A stretch of 64,000 bases of DNA from Octopus vulgaris (lineage: Eukaryota): the NCBI GenBank assembly GCA_951406725.2, contig OX597830.1:58094001-58158000 (forward strand). The letters are read 5' to 3'. The position numbers and the translations under genes were made by a program. The notes under the pieces are model-generated. The model searched no databases, had not been told where the DNA came from, and was given only the letters and a program-made list of their open reading frames with translations. Positions 12,625 through 25,818 of the stretch are shown here, in pieces. The number at the start of each line of letters is the position of its first letter. The stretch's first letter is position 1.

Positions 12625-12719
12625 TACATACATACATACATATATACATACATACATACATATATACATACATACATATATACATACATACATACATATA
12701 TACATACATACATATATAC

Positions 12720-12754
<35 letters not shown>
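12587..12754. repeat. (TACA)n/(TA)n microsatellite
   Basis: Direct reading. Confidence 0.95.
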
Positions 12755-13480
12755 CAGGTATACATCGCCTTAAGTTGTTCTCGATCATATGTCGGTTTTC
12801 AAAAATAATATATGAAAGATAAAAATCAAGTTAAGTTATTTTACTCGACTTTATCTATTGTTAGGCGCCATTGTCATTCGTGATTCCCGCGATTGTTTTG
12901 AATTCAGATTTGTTTACGCCTCTTTATCGTCTGCTTTCTCATTCTCATTCATTTGCGACTTTATTTTTCGCCCCCATGGCTCTTAAGAAAATTCAATGTG
13001 AAAGTGCTAAGCGTCATGCTATAACGCTGGAAGATAAACTGGCTGTGATAAAACGCCATGTAAAAGGTGATAAAGTGGTAGCAATTGCACGATCCTTTGG
13101 GATGAGTCGGGCAACTGTATCGACGATTGTACATAAGAAGGACAAGATTTTAGCCCCTATCAAATCTAAAGCCCCGGGGATGAAGAGCACTGTCATCAAT
13201 AAGAAAAGAGGCAAAAATCTTCGAAGAAATGGAAAGTCTTCTTTCTCTTTGGATTGTTAGGTTGAATCGTCAGCGTGCTACTATTAGTCAAGAAATCATT
13301 CAAGAGAAAGCGTTGTCTTTGTTGAGGACCTGAAGAAAAAAATATTCAGATGAAAAGGATGTAGAGTTCAAGGCAAGTCAAGGATGGTTCATGAGATTTA
13401 AGTACAGAACTGGGAATGGTTATTATTGGATAAGCTAGAGACAACTTAATTCGACTTAACGTAGGGTAAAAGTATACCTA
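12755..13480 (+). mobile_element. Internally deleted pogo/Tigger (CENP-B-like) transposon
   Basis: Ends CAGGTATAC../..GTATACCTA within TA runs; from ATG 12976 RHAITLEDKLAVIK..IARSFGMSRATVSTI (psq HTH), then after a frameshift EMESLLSLWI..IQEKA..FKASQGWFMRFK (CENP-B HTH); no DDE domain. Confidence 0.85.
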
Positions 13481-13568
13481 TATATATATATATGTATATA
13501 ATATTAATTAGAGACAAAACCACTATTTTGCAAATCAAATATAATTTGCAAATCAAAATATAATTTTG

Positions 13569-13776
<208 letters not shown>

Positions 13777-14039
13777 TCTGTCTTTACATTGAGTTCAAAT
13801 TCCATGGAGGTCGATTTTGTCTCTCATCCTTTCTGTGATCGATAAAATAAGTAACGGTTGCGTACTAGGATCATCGATGTAATCGACTAGCGCACCTCCC
13901 AATTGTGCGTATTGCAGCAGGGGATGTGTGTATACATGTATGTATAATATATATGTGTGTGTGTGCATATATAATACTGTACACTTCGGATAATACACAG
14001 ATGTGCGTGCGTGTGTGTATATATATATATACATATATA

Positions 14040-14253
14040 CACCGGGTGGCCCAAAAATAGGTTTACAGTTATTCAACCATCTCCTTCGCATTCATATATT
14101 GACAGTTTAGATCTTAATTATAAAAAAAAATCTGAAACCATTATTCCATGTTTAGTTAATATTGTAAGATAGAAATTTAAATGTAATAAAATGTTTTAAA
14201 AGAAAATTAAAGTGCCAACGTGATAACTGTTAACCTACTTTTGGGCCACCCTG
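14040..14253. mobile_element. Tc1/mariner-type MITE
   Basis: TA flanks; TIRs GGGTGGCCCAAAA(A/G)TAGGTT(T/A)ACAGTTAT at both ends. Confidence 0.85.
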
Positions 14254-14299
14254 TATACATAAACACATACATCAAGCAAATTCTACATTTCTTCTGGTT

Positions 14300-14588
14300 T
14301 GGTAAATAAGGAGGTCCCCGTTTAAATAGATGAATTAACAGAATTTTTAGAAGGGTGAACTAAGATGCCTTGGAGTATCTGTACCCGTACTTTGGGTTTC
14401 GCGTTCAAATTCTGCCCGTCATCTTCAATTCCTCGTCGTTGCGGTAAACTGGTGCATCGAGATTCAGCTAACATCAATAGGCCTCCATTGCGAGAGAGAA
14501 GAGAAAACGTCGATTGCTGCAACATGTCGTTAGCACTACTAAGGACACGATGACCCTGCACACAGAGCGAGATAGACGATAGGACAGT

Positions 14589-14629
<41 letters not shown>

Positions 14630-15078
14630 TATGTACACTTACATTATATTTATATATGTATATCTGGATAGGAGATTGCTCTGAAATTAGATGCTTGACT
14701 GTACTACACACCCAGGCAGACTACACAGTCAAGCAAAGAGAAGGCTGACTATGAGTGTGGAAGGTGGTGCAGGGGGAACACCGAAGACTTCCTTAAAAGG
14801 AGACGTTAGTTGGCATGTGTATTAGGAAAGGCAATTTTATTTTGATCAAATTACCGTACTTCTAAATATTATAGCAATAGAAAATGGGGAAATGCTAATG
14901 AAATTAAATTGAAGATTGTTCAATAAATGTGCAGCTAAAAATAGATTTGTGGCAATTAAGATCTCGTCATCGTTTGAGTGATCTCCCTTGTTTGGCCGAT
15001 CCGTTTCGGTGAACGAAGAAGCTTTCAGAGTTGGAAGCCGCCGCCGCGAGTGGAAGAAGAAGAAGAAGCCAGATCGAA
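14300..15078 (+). promoter_or_regulatory. Probable promoter / 5' UTR region of E-Syt
   Basis: CpG-retaining sequence immediately upstream of exon 1, in contrast to the CpG-depleted gene body; no TSS can be placed. Confidence 0.4.
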
Positions 15079-15435
15079 ATGCCGAAGGAAAATCCTGCGA
15101 GTAAGCCAGCGGCATCTCAGCCACCAGCTTCTCCTTCTCGTTCTGCATCTCAAAACGAAAATGAAACACCAAAAGAACAACCGAAGAGTGCTTTCGAAGA
15201 TACGATGGTATTGTCGTTGGTCCAACGATTCTTCAAGTCGGCCGTCGTTACCTTCGGAGTGTGGCTGGTCGGATATTTCAACTTCAGTTTCAGCTGGTTA
15301 TTACTGGGACTTGTTGTGTACGGTTGGAGAGAAAGATTCACCCAGGTCCGAGATATGCAAATAGAAATTTCGCAGACTGCGGCCCGTGACGAGAAGAAAT
15401 CTATCCTGGCCCGTGTGGAAGATCTACCATCCTGG
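15079..15435 (+). CDS. ESYT2: E-Syt exon 1: N-terminus and ER membrane hairpin (MPKENPASK...FGVWLVGYFNFSFSWLLLGLVVYGW...ARVEDLPSW)
   Basis: First ATG of ORF 15031-15558 is at 15079; CpG-rich context; donor TGG|GTGTGT at 15436, phase 0. Confidence 0.9.
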
Positions 15436-17354
15436 GTGTGTATGATTTATGTTTATAATCCATTTTATTTATTGATTATCTTTAGGTTTTATTTGGACCT
15501 TCAATTTTTTCATTGCGTTATCGCATCCTCCCCTCAGAGGTCCCATCCTCCCCAATAAAAGGTCCAAAGTTTATATCACGAACCTCGAAATCTGTTCATG
15601 ATTGGTTCAAGAGAACTTTCAACACAGTTGAACACGTTTCTCTTTTAATGCAACTCTCAAGTTTTATTTTTCTGCCAATGTCAGCGAAACTCTTGATGCA
15701 ACTGGAATATTTATAAGAGAAGCTGCTCTTAACTTTGCTCAATGTCTTCTAGTTTGATTATATCGATTACCTGACATCTGTTTGCACAACTTTCTACGAG
15801 TTCTCAACTTTAACAACAATCATTAATTAATCATCTTTCCAGTTTTATTTTGCATTATCTTTTAATTTGTTTATATTTTCTAACCCTAACCCATCCGACG
15901 CATCCCTTTCATCTCTTTCGACTTTGATGCAATAAAGATTCGTCGACAGAACTTTTTGTTAATAAATAATTATCACTTGCAACTCGCATTCCCTAATGTT
16001 GAAGGAAAGAGTCCTTTTATTAGATGTGAAAACTCCTTTTAGGAACTTCCCGAGCTGCTCGATCAGCCTCACGTTTCTTTTCTGTCAAGATTACAAATAT
16101 TTATGAATGTTTACTGCTTCACTTTCAAATCTGTATTTGGCCAAAATAGGTTTTGTCGTTTTTGTTATTGCACCTGCCAACTAACCGTTTAGGTGCCTTA
16201 CTTTAGGAAAGATATTAGTGCCACAAATCCACGTAAATCTGAGAGAAATTTCAAGTTTTGTTTTCATGTCAGAAATAATCATTCTGTTTATTATAGAAAT
16301 AGAATCGCAGAAAACTGATAATTTTAAAATCAGAAGCCTCCAGTGAATTTGTCGTTAATGTCCTTGGGAATAGATAAATGGTAGGAATCTTAAACCCCAT
16401 TTCCTTGAAGATCTCAGATTACACACCTATAGAAAAAAGAAATAATTAGTTGTGCTTGTTGATATCAATATCATAAGCAGTTGTTGCTGTTGTTAAGCAG
16501 TTTGCCTTCAGCGATTCGCAACAAACCGTCCATCTTAAACCCCGGGTGGAAACCGTGTCTCAACTAAATTCTCCTCTGTAAATTTTCTTGTTTCTTTTGA
16601 TGAATTCCTTGAATATCCATTATTTATTTTAAAAGATTCTTTCCGCTTAAAAGAGTAATTGTTTTGGTATCTAACTAAAATGCCGCAGATTTAAAGTTTG
16701 GGGGTTGAAGTTGCGAACGGAAATATTGAAAGTTTGTAACATGACGTCAGCCAGCAAGGTGATAGTAATTTCATTTATTCACCATTAATAAATACTGATG
16801 AATAAATTGTGAGTTGAAGCTCGAGTTTCGATGAAACACTTGGCATTTTTCGTCATACATCTTCCTTAAAAGAGAATCGCTTCAGGTCATCTAAAAGTAA
16901 CATCTCACTGGCAGGGCGTGGTTGTTTAAAATGCAAATTTACAGACAACCTATTCATTTCTGCGTTAACCCTAATAGAGTATTTCTATTTTGTCTGTATA
17001 GAATTTATTGTATTCAGTCTGTTGTACTTTACCAGGGAATAATAGAAATATAATCACCAAGAGGTGAACGACAGATAATGTTTCTATTCCCTGTCTCTCT
17101 CTCTCTTTCGCCTACTTTGCAATCATTACCTGAATATCACTCACTACCTGCTCCTCATTCTATTATTATTATTATATATTAGATGCAAAACAAGAAAATA
17201 AAACAACGAAAAAACACAACGAGAAGAAAAAAAACTTACTTTCTAGAGACTGCTGAACATTTTTACAATGACTGAAATATTTATAAATAAGAATGTTTCT
17301 TTGATGCGATGTTTTAGTGTTTTTTCTCTTCTTTTGTCACATTTAAATGGTGGT

Positions 17355-17545
17355 TTTAGTTGTTTAGCTCCAGGTTAGTTCTGATTGAGCAAACCGATGA
17401 TTAAAGAGGTTCTGACCTTAATAACTAAGATTACATTTGGTAATATGCCCTCTTACATTTTATTTCATTCAATTTAGACGGTAGGGTGGAATTCGAGGGA
17501 GTTTGGCTATTTCTAGCAGTTTGAGCGACCGCATAGGCGTTTCCT
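17355..17545 (+). repeat. Unclassified old ~200-bp dispersed repeat (family U)
   Basis: GTTGTTTAGCyCCAGG...GGTAGGGTG..GAGGGAGATTTGGCTGCTATTTCTAGCAG recurs near 21560, 25175, 27715, 29100/29800, 51070, 60285 (-) and 62755. Confidence 0.65.
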
Positions 17546-18232
17546 CGTGTCCTCAGCGCGCGAGTGCGCGTTTTGGGAAAGAAATGCGAAACTTAAAAAC
17601 ATTTCATTCCACTTTCTTACATTTGCAGGTTTGTTGTTATTTATAGAAAGGCAAAGGACTTTTAGCTTTGACAAAGAAAAAGGATATCATTTAAATATTT
17701 CCATACAACATTTTATGAATTACTCATAAATAGATTATTTTGACCTAATGACAAATAGAAAGTTTTCATGGGTTTCCTGTATAAAAATGTTAAACTTTTC
17801 GCTATGTTTCGATATAACCCGAAAGATTGCCTAACTTCTAATAATTTCTTACTAATACATAATCAACAGTTATGAGAACTCGAATATAGATAGGAAATTG
17901 AATTGAATTTAAAATTCATTACATCCAGAGCAGCATCTTAAACGTATATTTTGTGATGATTATCTTCATTTTGACCGACTCACAAACACTGTACAAACCC
18001 TGGTTCACAGACTTCATGTCTCTCCTTCACACTGTTGATATTTTTACTATTGCAATGGCTTCTGCTTTCCTCAGTTAACTCATTGCAAACCACCATGTCC
18101 ACCCGAAATACTCTTCTCTTCGTGTTACCCATTCCCTCTCACTATTCAGGCGCCCTTCCTGCTAACCCCTGCACTCGATCTTTCCACCGTAGAATTCCAG
18201 CAGACTACAATTCTCTTACCGCGATATATATA

Positions 18233-18279
<47 letters not shown>

Positions 18280-18807
18280 TCCGTAGACATCAGCTAACAA
18301 ACGTTCGAGCTGAATGCCAATGATATCGATCTTAGAAAACCTGCAGTGTGTACGGGTACAGTTCCATTCTCGTGATTTGAGGCAGAAAAACAGTTTCTTT
18401 GTCCTGAAAATAAAAAAAGAAATTCTACATTGTTCGGCTCCCCCCCCCTACTATTTCTCTATCTCCTCGACTGACATCAAAATAATGACATTAATATGGA
18501 CGAAGCCAACTCAGAATTCCTTGCTTAAAATACTTATCGTCGTCTCCGAGCTGCTGCTTTTCCTACCACAATAATATTGATTGATTCTGTTGAAGCTCAT
18601 AGACAACTTTTGCTATGTCAAGACTATCGTTGGTCCAGGAGGTCTGGTAACAATCTGTAGAATCAGAAGTACCAAGATCTAGGTAGGAGCCAGAAAAAAA
18701 AAAGGGGTGGGGGTTCCAGTTATTCGGTTAACATTTAAAATTGATTACCTTGCATATAAACTTAAAATTTAATCAATAGACACTATCAGGAGAGTAGTCT
18801 TAAAATC

Positions 18808-19230
18808 AGGCGTGGCTATGTGGTAAGATGTTCGTTTCTCAATCATATGATTTGGGGTTCAGTCCCACTGCATGGTACCTTGGGCAAGTGTCTTCTTATT
18901 AAAGCCCTGTGGTGATCAAAGTTTTGTGAGAAGCGTTAGTTGATGGAAACTGAAAGAAGCCTGTCTGTGTGTGTGTGTGTGCATATATATATGTAAATAA
19001 GTATATATATTCGTATGTGTGTGCATGACACTGTCTCCTTGCTTTGACCATCATGTGATAGTTGTGAGTGTCACTGCCATGCAAGTGACACTCTTCAATT
19101 CCAGTCATCTTTGAGAACATGTCTGGCCCTTGGGGAAATATTACCCTACTTGGAAACAAGTGAAGTTTGGCGACAGGAAGGGCATCCCTCTATAGAAAAT
19201 CTGCCTCAACTAAATTACCTCCAACGCATG
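18808..19230 (+). mobile_element. SINE family A variant (same head and core, different 3' body)
   Basis: GTGGCTATGTGGTAAG A box, GGTTCAGTCCC B box, ACCTTGGGCAAGTGTCTT core. Confidence 0.75.
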
Positions 19231-19279
19231 TGTGCAGGGAAGTTTCTTTATATGTCATGTAGATAATAATAATAATAAT

Positions 19280-19480
19280 GGTTTCAAATTTTGCCACAAG
19301 GGCAGCAAGGAGGAGGGGGATGACTTGATTACATCGACCCCAGTACACAACTGGTACTTAATTTATTGACCCCTCAAAAGGATGAAAGGCAAAGTTGACC
19401 TCAGCAAAATTTGAACTCAGACTGTAAGAACAGACAAAATACTGATAAGCATTTCGTCCAGTGCACTAACGATTCTGCCA

Positions 19481-19482
<2 letters not shown>
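19280..19482 (-). mobile_element. tRNA-SINE family B
   Basis: Reverse complement of family B, flanked by (AAT)n. Confidence 0.8.
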
Positions 19483-19513
<31 letters not shown>

Positions 19514-19607
19514 ACTTATTGGCTACAGTGTTCATGTGAACAGCAATTCATCAAAAAGATTAGCCAAAATTGCATGGAAAGTACATAGGAAGTGAACAGT
19601 GAACAGG

Positions 19608-19980
19608 TCTGTGTGGTAAGTAGCTTGCTTACCAACCACATGGTTCCGGGTTCAGTCCCACTGCGTGGCACCTTGGGCAAGTGTCTTCTACTATAGCCTC
19701 GGGCTGACCAAAGCCTTGTGAATGGATTTGGTAGACGGAAACTGAAAGAAGCCCGTCATATGTATGTGTGTGTCTGTGTTTGCCCCCCCCCCCCCTCCCC
19801 ACATCGCTTGACAACTGATGCTGGTGTGTTTACGTCCCTGTACCTTAGCAGTTCGGCTTAAGAGACCGATAGAATACATACTAGGCTTACAGAGAATAAG
19901 TCCCAGGGTCGATTTGCTCGACTAAAGGCGGTGCTCCAGCATGGCTGCAGTCAAATGACTGAAACGAGTAAAAGAGTGAA
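19608..19980 (+). mobile_element. tRNA-derived CORE-type SINE (family A)
   Basis: TGTGGTAAG A box, GGTTCAGTCCC B box, GCACCTTGGGCAAGTGTCTT resembling the MIR/CORE domain, internal (TG)n, AAAAGAGT tail. Confidence 0.88.
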
Positions 19981-20029
19981 AGTGAATGAATTGGTTTTTT
20001 TTTCTTTTAAATAAAAAAAAAAAAAAACC

Positions 20030-20225
20030 TGGATTGGGATGGTTTCACCAGGTGTACTGTTGGCAAATTTTGGAAAGCATGAAAGTTTTGAAAGATGTAG
20101 TGTCCCAACAGTTAGCAACTGATGCGAACAGTTTATTCCATGCCTCAACAATTCTGAGCATGAAAAAATGTTTCTGTAAGTCGTGAGTGGCGTGTTGCTT
20201 TTTGGTTTTGTAAGCATATGGTATT
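20030..20225 (-). mobile_element. CR1/L2-type LINE 3' fragment
   Basis: KHFFMLRIVEAWNKL..SFK C-terminal motif; the same end recurs at ~43100-43345 (-). Confidence 0.7.
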
Positions 20226-21104
20226 CTCAATTGAAATCTACTCTACATGATATTGAATGTGTTGATATGAGGAGGAAAAGGAGTGGTGCTGAAAGAATTA
20301 CCAGGTTCTTCTAGTCTGGAGAATAGTGTAGTTTAATGTTCAGTTAAACATTTTTGCAGGTGGTAAGCAGGTGCACTGTGACTTCAGAAAGATATGATAT
20401 ACCATGAAGGGAGGATTGGATTGGCATTATGGAGCTCTGGGAGTCTTCTTTAAATGAATTCGGGTAAACGGTACTTGTAAAGATAGAAGTATTTTGATTT
20501 CATAGCAGTGGATTTCAGTTTCACATTTTATCTCATTTGAACTATAAATAATTAACTTTTTTTTTAACTCTGCTGGGAACGATACACCTGAAACAACAGC
20601 TCCAACGACAAAATTAATCTTTTGAAAAATGATATAAACATACAACTAACAACAAGATGACCCTTTATTGCATAACTTGACCTGCTGGAAATATTAAGTT
20701 CTCTCAATGGACATATTAGTGAGTGTAGTCCCTGTTAACACATACACAGGATGGTCATGGCTGGAAAGCATGTTTGATCAAGATCGATCTGAGGCAAATC
20801 AACAACGATGATTATTAATTTTGTTGAAAGCATATTTGTTATTCACATGCCTTTTGAACAGAGATAATTCAAAAGGATCAAAACCATAATGAAATGGAGC
20901 CAATTAGAAAATATCACCAACTGTGTCAATAATATTAACAACATCTGTTGTGCTTAGTTTTCTATGGGACACACATGGTTTCAGCTGTGAGCTTTCTCAC
21001 ACAAACATCATCAGATTAAGCTTGCAAGCATCATCAGTGATAAGGATTTCGTTTACTTCAGAAGCATTAAGTTAATGGCAGATCAGGGAGAATAGTAGAA
21101 ATAT

Positions 21105-21315
21105 GGATTTCAGATTGTGACACAAGGCCAGCAATTCCAGGGGAGGAGGGTAATGAATTACATCAACCCCCAGCGCTCAACTGGTACCTACTTTATTGAC
21201 CCTGAAAGGATGAAAGGCAAAGTCGACCTTGACAGAATCTGAACTCAGAACATAAAGATGGATGAAATGTCACCAAGCACTTTGCCTGGCGTGCTAAGGA
21301 TTCTGCCAGTTCGGT
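21105..21315 (-). mobile_element. tRNA-SINE family B
   Basis: CTGGTAC..GACCCTGAAAGGATGAAAGGCAAAGTCGACC..TGAACTCAG. Confidence 0.8.
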
Positions 21316-22314
21316 GTTTTAAGAAAACAAAACTCCAAAGAGAGAGAGAGAGAGACTGAAAACACTGGAGTTCTGAGCACCTGAGCTGTGCAGCCATGCA
21401 AACTGTAGAAATATTACGAGCATATAATTTGAAATGTGTTTTATGAAGAAAGCAAGGTTGAAAGCTGCATTTGTCTGTTCATTTCTAAGGGAGCCACAAT
21501 GGAGATACAACAGAAAGAATTGAAGATCACAGATCTCTCAGATGGATGGAATAGAACTGCTGTTGTTGTTGTTCAGACCATACCAGCCCTAACCAAACAG
21601 ACATGGACAAAGGCTTTCCAGTTGTGACCTTCTTGTCTTTTTTTTTGTCTTTCCTTTTTTGACAATGTTATATATATCGGATACATTATTCAATGTGATT
21701 CTTTTGGAGGGAGGCTTGGCTGCTATTTCTTAGTTAAGATACCATGTAGAAGCCTCTCTCGAGTTAAATGGATCATGAAATTGTGAAAGAATGCAAGAGG
21801 TTCTGAGACTAGGCTTTGTTAGAAGATTTAAATTATATGAAATATGTAATTCTGTTGTAATGAATGCCAAGGATCGACACTTAAGAGGCATAATCCACAT
21901 ACATTCTATATTGATTCCAGTTTAAATATCTTACTTAAAGCATCTGCCAGTGACTTCATTTTCCAGCTGTTTTTGCAACTTGCATTTAACTTTTCCTACA
22001 TTTTTATCACATGTCCAGCAGATCATTAAATTATCAATATGCAGAAAAAAAATATTGTCAAGTCTTAAACTGTAAAAGTTGCTGCAACAGCAATTATTGT
22101 AATACTTGCATGTATTGTGACAAAAATAATTACTTAGAATCTGATTGGTTTTATTTCACTAAAACAATTAAACTTCAGTTTTCAAAGCACGAGTGTGACT
22201 ATGTCTATTTTTGATTACAGTTGATTAGCTGACAGCTTTCAACTTAATTACAATAATTCATCTGGACTGCTAATAATGACAATGCTTTCATAACAACATA
22301 CAGTAAAGTTATTC

Positions 22315-22788
22315 AAACATGACGTGGCCAATGACAGTGCCGCCTGATTGGCACTCGTGCCAGTGGAACGTTAAAAGCACACGAGAGCGTGATCGTTGCC
22401 AGGGCCATGGATTGGCTCCCATGCCGGTGACATGTAAAAAACACCATTTGAGTGTGATCGTTGCCAGCATCGCCTTACCGGCACGTGAAAAACAACATTT
22501 GAGCGTGGTCATCGCCAGTGCCGCCGGACTGGCTCCTGTGCAGGTAGCACGTAAAAAACACCTTTTGAGCATGGTTGTTGCCAGAACTGCCTGATGCCTT
22601 CGTGCCGGTGGCACATAAAAGCATCCACTATACTCTCAGAGTGGTTGGCATTAGGAAGGACATCCAGCTCTAGAAACTCCTGCCAGATCAGATTGCGCTT
22701 GGTGCATCTTTCTGGCTCACCAATCCTCAGTCAAACCGTCCAACCCATGCCAGCATGGAAAGCAGACGTTAAATGATGATGAAGATGA
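22315..22788 (+). mobile_element. RTE 3'-UTR-only copy with internal GGCACGTAAAAA tandem units and (GAT)n tail
   Basis: Matches 2020-2522; other copies at ~27215-27612, 31915-32221, 33230-33615, 35625-35805, 38640-38825, 52470-52891, 50200-50320 (-), 61075-61325 (-). Confidence 0.85.
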
Positions 22789-23817
22789 AAGAAGGCTCAG
22801 TGTTCATCTAAACTTTCAATTTTGTTGCCTTAAAATTTGTATTATTTGAATTGTTAAGCATTATTTAGAGTAGACACTTTCATGGACTTCCTTGATCCTC
22901 TTCTTCTATTTCCCTCACTTGGTACTCTGTTCCCATCCATCTCCATCATTCACCCTCTCTTACCTTGAGGATATGTCCACACACCTATTCCAGTCCCTCG
23001 ATCATAGTCTTGTCTCTCAACTCTTAGTACCTGTCACCTCCCTCGATACTTCACAGCCTCAATCAAGGTGTTTTCCTTTGCAAGCTACTTGGTAACTCTA
23101 CTAGTGTCGATGACATGAAAAATAAAGCACCCACTACACTTTGTGAAGTCTCAGAACCATCAGGAAGGGCATCCAGCTGTAGAACCCATGCCAAAGCCGA
23201 CACTGGAGCTGGACACAGTCCTCTGACCTGTTGGATCCTGTTAAACTATCCAAGCCATGACAACATGATTATTTTCCTAAATTTTTCATTATTTTCAAAA
23301 TTAATTGAAACAAAGACAGAAATTTGGGACCAAAAGGGTTAATAGGATGGTTAGCTTTTGGTTGAACCTGAAGAGAACTGAATTTACTGGAGACTTTTAC
23401 TAAAAAAGAACAGGCAAGAATAGAAGTGAACATTTGAGCTGATCGTATGATGCATTCCTCTTTTATCTTTGTTTATATTTTTTGTCGCTTTTAAATGTAA
23501 GTCGAACAATTTAGATATTTCATTTGAAATGTTATCTGTGCCCTGAGTTGACATTTTGTAAGAAATGGTAGCAGCTGCTGGATAATGGAATAACATTTTG
23601 TTCCAGCTAGCCTACTCATGTTTTAACTGTAGTCTTGCAGTCTTTTATTGACATGCTCTCAAAATTTCATTACAGTGTGTTACACAATTCCCATGTTTAA
23701 ATGACTATGAAAAGATTGCATGGGTTTTCTAAAATTTAGTCTAGAAGCAGTAATCTGCTTCATCTTCAAAGGTTAAAGAGTATTTTAAGATATATATTAA
23801 CAGGAATTATTTGTGCT

Positions 23818-24176
23818 GTGGCTATGTGGTAAGATGTTTGCTTCCCAACCACATGGTTCCAGGTTCAGTCCCACTGTGTGGCACCTTGGACAAGTGTCTT
23901 CCACTATAGCCTCGGGCTGACCTAGGCCTTGTGTGTGGATTTGGTAGACAGAAACTGAAAGAAGCCTGTCATAATGTGTGTCTGGGTTTGTCCCCCACCA
24001 CCACTTGACAACCAATGTCAGTGTGTTTACATCCCTGTAACTTAGCATTTCAGCAAAAGAGAGTGATGGAATAAATACTAGGCTTCAAAAATTAAGTACT
24101 GGAGTCAATTTGTTCAACTAAAATTCTTCAAGGGGTTGTTCCAGCATGGCTGTAATGACTAAAACGAGTAAAAGAG
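23818..24176 (+). mobile_element. SINE family A
   Basis: Head, core and 3' body as at 19608. Confidence 0.85.
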
Positions 24177-24500
24177 AAATGATATTTAAATGACTTCTTA
24201 TCATCATCATCATTTGTAAATGGTTCACGAATTAGATAAACCCTCCTACTTACAATTAACATGGTTAACTTGGCAAAACATATCAGTGGAACCGAAAACG
24301 ATGCTAAAACATGTTATTTAGAATAAACAGTTTTCTAGCTGGATTCTTTTTCGGACTTTTCTCACGTATTTTCCACCATTAAAACATGCTCTGGTGATTT
24401 TAGTTTTGAAGAATTTTTATGAGAAAATTTTTACATAACTGATGGAAACAGCCATAGCAGTTAATTACTTTATTTTCCTGTTTTATAATTTGTGTATTAA

Positions 24501-25167
24501 CCCTTTTGATACCAACTCAGCTGAGACCACCTCTAGCTCTGTAGTACAAATGTCTTGTTTTCATAAGTTTTGAATTAAAATCTTCCACCAAACCTTAGTC
24601 ACAATTTATATTCCTAACACCAGCTGAATGATAACTGAGTTATTTTGACTAAATTCTTTGTTATATTTAAAATTAATTGAAAGAAACAAAGAGCATCTCA
24701 ACAGAAATATGATAACAAAAGGTTTAAAATATATAATAGAGACACAATTTTTAATCCTTTTGATACCAACCTGGCTGAAACTGCCTCTGGCTCTGTAGTA
24801 CAAATGTGTTGTTTCCATAAGTTTTGAATTAAAACCTTCCAGTAAACCATAGTCACAAGGATAAAAGGTAAAGATGACCAAAGCAGTATTGGAACTCAGA
24901 ACATAAAGAGCTGGAAGAAGTGCTGCTGAGCATTTTGTTTGATGTCTTTAACTGTTTTGTTACCAACCCAGCTGAAACCACTTCTGGCTCTGTAGTACAA
25001 ATGTGTTGTTTCCATAAGTTTTGAATTAAAATCTTCCGCCAAACCTTAGTCACAATTTATGTTCCTAACACTAGCTTAATGATAATTAAGTTATTTTACT
25101 AAATTCTTTGTTATATTTAAAATTAATTGAAAGAAACAGAGAGCATCTCAACATGGTAACAAAAGGG
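24501..25167 (+). mobile_element. Cluster of three ~220-bp TTAA-flanked piggyBac-type MITEs (24501-24723, 24755-~24858 partial, 24952-25167)
   Basis: TTAA|CCCTTTTG(A/T)TACCA ... GGTAACAAAAGGG|TTAA. Confidence 0.8.
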
Positions 25168-25776
25168 TTAAACTGTTGTTTAGTACCATGTCATCTCTGA
25201 GGAGTCTTGTTGTCAAACATGTTCCATTCATGGCCATCCTGTCTGTTTTGGCAGTGTATAAATCCTACCTAATGTCATCCGGTGTGTTTTTCCTATTTGG
25301 GCATTGAGGGAGATTTGGCTGCTCTTTCTCAAGTGCTGAGTGATTATTTAGCAGCTTGCTTGTTTGACTCAAGTGGTCTGATTAAGTTGAATGAAATGCT
25401 TTATTTTCAGTTTGCTTATAGATACACTACTGTTTGCATTACATACCCCGTTCCTTCAAATAAATCTCTTTTATCTATTAACTAGATCTTTTTCAAAGCT
25501 ATATAGTTTATTTTGGACTTTATAAGCTCTCTTTCTCCCTCTTCTTTCCCACCTTTCTTTCACTCTCTCTCTCTATGCCTGACTTTCTACATCTTTCTCT
25601 CTATACTTTTTCATCTTTTTTCCTACACTCTTACATATCTGTCTTCAACTCTCTGTATCGCTTTCTTCTCCCACTTTCTTTGTATTCGCCTCCCATCCTT
25701 TCTGTATATCCATGTGTATACGTTTCTGTTACCATTAGAATTATTGTTCTTATCTGTTTTCATTTTCTTTTCCTAG

Positions 25777-25818
25777 GTATACTTCCCCGATGTTGAGAGA
25801 GCTGAGTGGATTAACCAT
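25777..25818 (+). CDS. ESYT2: E-Syt exon 2 (VYFPDVERAEWINH)
   Basis: Polypyrimidine tract plus CCTAG acceptor, GTAAGT donor, 42 nt; conserved start of SMP domain. Confidence 0.95.

Noticed and set aside
12871-13260. Domesticated CENP-B/TIGD host gene
   Set aside because: Frameshifted, lacks the DDE domain and is still bounded by TIR-like ends, so it is a defective transposon
15031-15558. The 175-aa ORF as a complete single-exon protein starting at TTG
   Set aside because: E-Syt homology continues across the GT donor at 15436 into exon 2; the tail after LPSW is intron read-through, and the first ATG is at 15079
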